From positions 256,001 to 320,000 of the forward strand of contig CAZPQW010000001.1 of NCBI GenBank assembly GCA_964588985.1: 64,000 bases of DNA, read 5' to 3'. Below the pieces are notes generated by a model, which saw only the letters and a program-made list of their open reading frames with translations, was not told where the DNA came from and did no database searches. Shown here one piece after another: positions 55,798 to 64,000 of this stretch. The stretch's first letter is position 1. Each line of letters begins with the position of its first letter. Both the position numbers and the translations under genes were made by a program. Origin of the DNA: an uncultured Solirubrobacteraceae bacterium (GTDB lineage Bacteria; Actinomycetota; Thermoleophilia; Solirubrobacterales; Solirubrobacteraceae).

Positions 55798-55868
55798 GCA
55801 ACTTTGGGGATTTGGAGGAGTCACAAGAGGGTAGACGGCAGGTGCACTGGTTCTATAGGGAGGTTGGC

Positions 55869-58800
55869 ATGGGGTCTCGCGTTCGTTCTTTGTTCTTCGC
55901 GCTGCTGGTTGGTGCGCTTGTTGGGATCTCGGCGCCAGCCGCGCTCGGTGCTGTGGGCATCGAAAAATTTGTGGCGGTCAACTGCCAGGAAGGGTTTGAA
56001 GAATGCGCTGAAGAAAGCTTCGGCCCCTACTCCATACCCAAGGAACCCACCAAAGAAGAAGCCGAAGAAGCCGGCTACACCCAGGCCGGTGGACACGTGC
56101 CCTATGGCGTCACCGACTTCAAGGTGACAACGGTGGGGGAACTCGCCAAAAACGAACAGGTGCCGACCGGTGTGGTGACGCACATCAGAACCGACGTCGC
56201 CCCGGGTCTCGCGACCAATCCGTTTGCCACCGAACAGTGCACGATGGCTCATTACGACGGCTCGGCGAAAGAAGAAGAAGCGATCCCGGGCACAGGCTTC
56301 TATGCGAAACCCACTTGTGGAGCCGAAAGCATCATCGGCGAAAACAAGGTGACTGTCTACGCAGGGCCTGCCGGCGACGTGCCGATCACAGGCAACGTCT
56401 ACAACCTCGTGCAGCCGGAAGGTCTCGCGTCGGACTTCGGCGTGGCGCTCAAACTCCCGATCCCGCTCACCAAAGGCGCGCTCGAAAAAGCGTTCGCGGA
56501 AAAAGGCCACCCTCTCGGTAAACCCACCGAAGAATTCCTCGAGGAACAGCAGTACTACGCCCACACCTTGATCGAAGGAAACGTCGAATGGGGTCAGGAA
56601 GCGAAGGGCACGAACCAAGGCGACTACCACGACTACTTCGAAATCGACGTCTCGCCGGCGCTGCCGCTGATCAGTTCGCGTCTGGTCTTCTACGGCCGCA
56701 GCGGTGAAGGCGACTTCGTCACGAACGCGACCAGCTGTCCTGGACACAACACCACGACACTGCATCTGACCGAAGCGGGAGGCACTGCAACCCAGGCCTA
56801 CACCAGCCCGGTCAGTCTCTCTGGATGCAGCGCAGTGCCGTTCGCACCGACCTTCGCCCTCACCCCGGCGACGACCGCGTTCGACCAGCCCGACGGGTTC
56901 ACGACCGAAGTCGGCGTACCTCATCAGACGGGCGAAGAAGAAATCGACAGCTCACAGCTGAAAGACGCGACCATCAAGCTTCCGGAAGGCATGACGCTGA
57001 ACCCGTCGGCCGCCCCCGGGCTGACCGCGTGCACGCCAGCCGAAGCACGGATTCACAGCTCGCAGGCCGGCATCGGATGCGCGAAAACCGCTGAGCTCGG
57101 CACGGTCAACCTTGATGTCCCGACGCTGCCCGATGGATCTCTGAACGGCAAGATCTACCTCGGCGGCCCGGAAGACGAAAAAACGCATGCGCTGCTTCCG
57201 ATCACCGGGCCTCCGTACACCATCTACGTAGACGCGGAGTCCAAGCGCTATGGCGTGTCGGTGCGCATCAAAGGCGAAGTGACGCCCAACGAAACCACCG
57301 GGCAGCTCACGACGGTGTTCTCGGAAAACCCCGAACAGCCGTTCACGAGTATCGCGCTGCAGTTCAAGGAAGGCGCGCTCGCGCCCGTCGCCAACCCGCT
57401 CACATGCGGGAGCGCTACTAGCGAAATCAGTCTCGTTCCGGTCGCGAAACCATTGACGTCAGCCGTCCTGAAAGACGCGTTCACGGTCGACAGCAACGGC
57501 GCCGAAGGCGCCTGCGCATCGCCGACTCCGTTCGCGCCGACTCAGGGCACCGCGACACAGGTTCCGAGCGGAGGAGTGCACACGAACTACACGTTCGCCC
57601 TGCAGCGCAACGACGGCGAACAGTACCTCTCCAAAGTCACGACGACTCTCCCCGCGGGCCTCGTCGGCGCGATCCCCGCGGTGGCGCTGTGCACCGAAGC
57701 TCAGGCGACGGCCGAAAGCTGTCCGGCTGAAAGTCTGATCGGGAAAGTGACGGTGTCGGCCGGCGCGGGCCTCACGCCCGACACGCTCACGGGCTCGGTC
57801 TACATGACCGGTCCGTATGCGGGAGCGCCGTACGGGATGTACATCTCCGTGCCGGTCGTCGCCGGTCCGTTCAACCTCGGCAACTCGATCACGCGCGCAA
57901 CGGTCAACATCGACCCGAAGACGGGTCGCGTGATCGTGAGCAGCACGCTGCCCACGATCGTCAAAGGCGGCGTACCCGTCCGTCTGCGCAAGCTGAGCCT
58001 GGAGATCAACCGTCCGGGCTTCCTGACGAACCCGACGAGCTGCGGTTCGCTGGCGACCGAATCGACCGTGACTGGGCTCGGCGGCACGAGCGTGAGCCTG
58101 TCCACCCCGTTCCAGGTCGAAAACTGCTCGGCGCTCGCATTCAAACCGTCGTTCAAGGCGGCCACGAGCGGGAACCCGACCAAAGCGGGCGGCGCGAGCC
58201 TCGAAACGACGATCGCCCAGACGGCAGGCCAGTCGAACATCAAATCGGTGGTGGTGCAACTGCCCAAGCAGTTGCCGTCGCGTCTGACCACGCTGCAGAA
58301 AGCGTGCGGCGCGGCGACGTTCGACGCCAACCCCGCAAGCTGCTCGCCCGAATCCGTGGTCGGCAGCGTCCGGGCGACCACGCCGGCACTGCCTGGCAAA
58401 CTCCAGGGCGTGGCCTATCTGGTCGGACACGCGGGGGCGGCGTTCCCCGATCTCGACCTCGTGCTCGACGGCGACGGCGTGCGCGTGATCCTGGTCGGAA
58501 ACACGGACATCAAAAACGGCATCACCACGACGACGTTCGCCACCACGCCTGACGTGCCGGTGACGAGCCTCACGGTGAACCTGCCGATGGGCCCGCATTC
58601 GGCGCTCGCGGCGTTCGGCAGTCTGTGCGCCAAACCGCTCGTGATGCCGACGACGATCGTCGGGCAGAACGGCGTGACGGTCAAACAGAACACGATCATC
58701 AATCCGGTCGGCTGCGGCGTGAAGATCGTCGGGCACAAGGTCATCGGCAACACCGCCTACCTCACGGTCCAAACCCCGTCCGCGGGCCGCGTTAGCGGCA

Positions 58801-58991
58801 GCGGAGCGGGCGTGGGCACCGCCTACCGCCGTCTCGGGAAGGCCTACAAAGCGGCGACCGTGAAGCTCTCCCTGAACCGCAGCGGACTGAGCCGCCGCAA
58901 GCCGTTCAAGGTGCGCCTGCGCGTGGGCTTCGTGCCCACGAGCCACAGTCGCAAGCCCTCGACGGCATTCGTGACGGTCACGTTCCGCTGA
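55869..58991 (+). CDS. large secreted protein with about four internal Cys-containing beta-rich repeats
   Basis: GGAGG RBS, signal peptide ending ALG; repeats PFAPT...K.T..LP.G....P...C; basic C-terminal domain. Confidence 0.85.
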   Translation: MGSRVRSLFFALLVGALVGISAPAALGAVGIEKFVAVNCQEGFEECAEESFGPYSIPKEPTKEEAEEAGYTQAGGHVPYGVTDFKVTTVGELAKNEQVPTGVVTHIRTDVAPGLATNPFATEQCTMAHYDGSAKEEEAIPGTGFYAKPTCGAESIIGENKVTVYAGPAGDVPITGNVYNLVQPEGLASDFGVALKLPIPLTKGALEKAFAEKGHPLGKPTEEFLEEQQYYAHTLIEGNVEWGQEAKGTNQGDYHDYFEIDVSPALPLISSRLVFYGRSGEGDFVTNATSCPGHNTTTLHLTEAGGTATQAYTSPVSLSGCSAVPFAPTFALTPATTAFDQPDGFTTEVGVPHQTGEEEIDSSQLKDATIKLPEGMTLNPSAAPGLTACTPAEARIHSSQAGIGCAKTAELGTVNLDVPTLPDGSLNGKIYLGGPEDEKTHALLPITGPPYTIYVDAESKRYGVSVRIKGEVTPNETTGQLTTVFSENPEQPFTSIALQFKEGALAPVANPLTCGSATSEISLVPVAKPLTSAVLKDAFTVDSNGAEGACASPTPFAPTQGTATQVPSGGVHTNYTFALQRNDGEQYLSKVTTTLPAGLVGAIPAVALCTEAQATAESCPAESLIGKVTVSAGAGLTPDTLTGSVYMTGPYAGAPYGMYISVPVVAGPFNLGNSITRATVNIDPKTGRVIVSSTLPTIVKGGVPVRLRKLSLEINRPGFLTNPTSCGSLATESTVTGLGGTSVSLSTPFQVENCSALAFKPSFKAATSGNPTKAGGASLETTIAQTAGQSNIKSVVVQLPKQLPSRLTTLQKACGAATFDANPASCSPESVVGSVRATTPALPGKLQGVAYLVGHAGAAFPDLDLVLDGDGVRVILVGNTDIKNGITTTTFATTPDVPVTSLTVNLPMGPHSALAAFGSLCAKPLVMPTTIVGQNGVTVKQNTIINPVGCGVKIVGHKVIGNTAYLTVQTPSAGRVSGSGAGVGTAYRRLGKAYKAATVKLSLNRSGLSRRKPFKVRLRVGFVPTSHSRKPSTAFVTVTFR

Positions 58992-59014
58992 GCGCTTTGC
59001 GCTGAAACGATCCT

Positions 59015-59044
59015 CTTGGGGGGCGGCCTATGCCGCCCCCCAAG
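59015..59044 (+). terminator. strong hairpin, likely terminator
   Basis: CTTGGGGGGCGGC-CTAT-GCCGCCCCCCAAG perfect 13-bp stem after the stop; no clean T tract. Confidence 0.7.
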
Positions 59045-59136
59045 TAGTTTCGGTCCGAGCCTCGAGGTTGTGTCTTTTCGGCGTACGTAGCGGGTTTGTG
59101 CTCGCCAATGACCACCCCATGCCGTAGATTGACCCC

Positions 59137-60204
59137 ATGGATGTCGTAACGGGTACGGATACCTCGTCGTCTGTTGGCGTCGATCGCCTGCTTGCAGGCA
59201 TCCGCCGTCTGACAGCGCTGGCCGACAGCGCGTCGGACTCCGACACGATCTACCGGGCGCTCGCCGGCGAGCTGCTGCTGGCGCCGGGTGCGGAGGAGGT
59301 GCACGTGCACCATCTCGTCAGTACCGGCGAGGAGGAGCTCGTGACCGTGTACGTATCCGAGGGCAACGGGCGTCTCAGCTACCTGACGCCGCGCGCCGAG
59401 CGCCCGCCGGGGGTGAGCTGGGTGGCGAGCACTCAACAGAGCTTCCTCGCAACCAGCGCCGCGGAGTTCGCCGCGAGCGTGCCGCGGCTGGCGGAGACCG
59501 GCACGGTGAGCTGTGCGCTGCTGCTCCCGCTGGCCGAGCGTGGTGAGGTGGAGGCGGTGGTGGTGATCGTGCGTCGAGTCACCGGTGTGCTGACCCCCGC
59601 CGCGGTGGAGCTCGCCACCGGCCTCGTGGAGCACGCGGCGACGACGCTCGCGCTGGTCCGCGCCCGCGCCGAGGCGGGCACAGACGCGGTCACCGGCTGC
59701 ATGAACCACCGCGCGATGCGCAGGCGCCTGGACGAGGAGATCGGGCGCGCGATGCGCACCGGCGGGCCGCTGTCGTGCCTGCTGATCGACCTCGACGACT
59801 TCAAGCTCGTCAACGACCAGCACGGCCACCAGGCCGGCGACGCGATGCTGCGCGGCGTCGTGCAGGCGCTCGTGGGCGAGTTCAGGGCGTTCGACCGCGT
59901 GGCCCGCTATGGCGGCGACGAGTTCGTGGTGATCCTGCCGAACGCCGAGCTGGAGAGCGCCGCCGCCGCGGCGAGCCGCGCCCTGGAGCATCTGCGCGGC
60001 ATCCCCGCAGGATCGGGCGGGATTCGACGCGGGATCCTCGCCGACAGCGGCATCGGGCGGGGCGTGTCGGCCTCGATCGGCGTCGCGCAGTGGCAGGCGC
60101 CGATGGGCACCGACGAGCTGCTCGAGGCGTGCGACGCGGCACTGCTGCGCTCCAAGCGCCAGGGCAAGGGGCGCGTCACGCGCGCCTCCGAGCTCGTCGT
60201 CTGA
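59137..60204 (+). CDS. GAF-GGDEF diguanylate cyclase
   Basis: DLDDFKLVNDQHGHQAGD, RAFD I-site, RYGGDEF. Confidence 0.92.
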   Translation: MDVVTGTDTSSSVGVDRLLAGIRRLTALADSASDSDTIYRALAGELLLAPGAEEVHVHHLVSTGEEELVTVYVSEGNGRLSYLTPRAERPPGVSWVASTQQSFLATSAAEFAASVPRLAETGTVSCALLLPLAERGEVEAVVVIVRRVTGVLTPAAVELATGLVEHAATTLALVRARAEAGTDAVTGCMNHRAMRRRLDEEIGRAMRTGGPLSCLLIDLDDFKLVNDQHGHQAGDAMLRGVVQALVGEFRAFDRVARYGGDEFVVILPNAELESAAAAASRALEHLRGIPAGSGGIRRGILADSGIGRGVSASIGVAQWQAPMGTDELLEACDAALLRSKRQGKGRVTRASELVV

Positions 60205-60288
60205 CGCGCCCACGGCGCCGACGCTGAGGTCGTGACGGCGACTCTGCGAGACTGGAAACTCGACCTGTAGACCGCGGATCGCCGGGAG

Positions 60289-63146
<2,858 letters not shown>

Positions 63147-63150
<4 letters not shown>

Positions 63151-64000
63151 GCGACGAGCGCGCACCGAAGATCCTGCTCGACCTGCTCGCCGCGCGCGGG
63201 CCGTCGGGCTATGAGAGCGCCCCCGCGGGCGTGTGGCTGGAGGCCGCCGGGAAGTTCGCGCAGACCAGCAGCGACGTGGTGGGCACGCCGCTGGCGATCG
63301 TCGGAGCGAAGCACGGCTTCGAGGTCGAGCCGCGGCGGCTGCTCGTGATGGGCCACATCGACGAGATCGGCCTGATCGTCACCCACATCGACGACGAGGG
63401 CTACCTGTGGTTCCGCGAGGTTGGCGGCTGGGACGCGCAGATCCTCGTGGGCCAGCGCGTGGTCCTCGACACGCGTGAGGGCCCGGTGAAGGGCGTGGTG
63501 GGCAAGAAGCCGATCCACCTGCTGCGCGACGAGGAGCGCAAGAAGGTCGCGGAGATCCGCGACCTGCACATCGACATCGGCGCGAAGGATGGGAAGCAGG
63601 CGCGCGAGATGGTCCGCACCGGCGACGTCGCCGTGATCGACGCTGCACCAGAGGCGCTGCCCAACGGGCGCCTCATCTCACGCGCCCTCGACAATCGGCT
63701 CGGCTCGTTCGTGGCGCTGGAGGCGGCGCGACTGGTGGCTGAGGCGGGCGGAGCGCAGTGGGAGCTCGCGTCGGTGGCCGTAGCCCAGGAGGAGATCACG
63801 TTCGGCGGCTCGCGCACCAGCGCGTTCTCGCTTGAGCCCGACGCGGCGATCGTGGTTGACGTGACCCACGCGACCGACGCTCCGGGGATCGACGTCAAGG
63901 AAGCTGGCAAGCACGAGCTCGGTTCGGGCCCCGTGATCACCCGTGGCTCGACGATCAACGAGCGCCTGTTCGAGCTGCTCCACGAGACCGCCGAGGCGGA
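63147..64000 (+). CDS. M42 family metallopeptidase (5' part, runs off window)
   Basis: [34 protein letters not shown]; ATGA overlap with acnA. Confidence 0.9.

Overview
High-GC actinobacterial chromosome segment; gene content and style suggest Thermoleophilia/Solirubrobacterales (inference). It holds about 60 CDS and three tRNAs: Leu-UAA, fMet-CAU and Ser-GGA. Most genes are metabolic or housekeeping: ThDP enzyme, ppx, ABC-F, photolyase, galT/galK with a sugar ABC importer, alkB-rubredoxin-TetR, two L,D-transpeptidases, a two-component system, a GGDEF protein, aconitase and an M42 peptidase. A decayed tRNA-fMet islet carries toxin-antitoxin pairs. No CRISPR array, rRNA, transposase or integrase was seen. 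The best candidate for an undescribed system is 17973-23519. It contains three ferritin-like di-metal proteins, their own tatA-tatC, a SigK-like ECF sigma with a RskA-like anti-sigma, and a second truncated RskA-like gene. Four exact copies of an ECF-type promoter (TGATCC-N16-CGTA) tie the locus together. All three substrates carry Tat-type signals lacking the second Arg (RL, RK, RG), and the local TatC has Gln where E. coli TatC has the signal-binding Glu103, suggesting a co-evolved dedicated Tat route. Second, leaderless TANNNT-N6/7-start architecture is pervasive, and two otherwise intact genes have ATC at exactly the start position, suggesting AUC initiation. Third, a three-way-junction RNA candidate lies in the leader of a 1040-aa repetitive secreted protein. 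All calls come from reading the sequence by eye; no searches were run.
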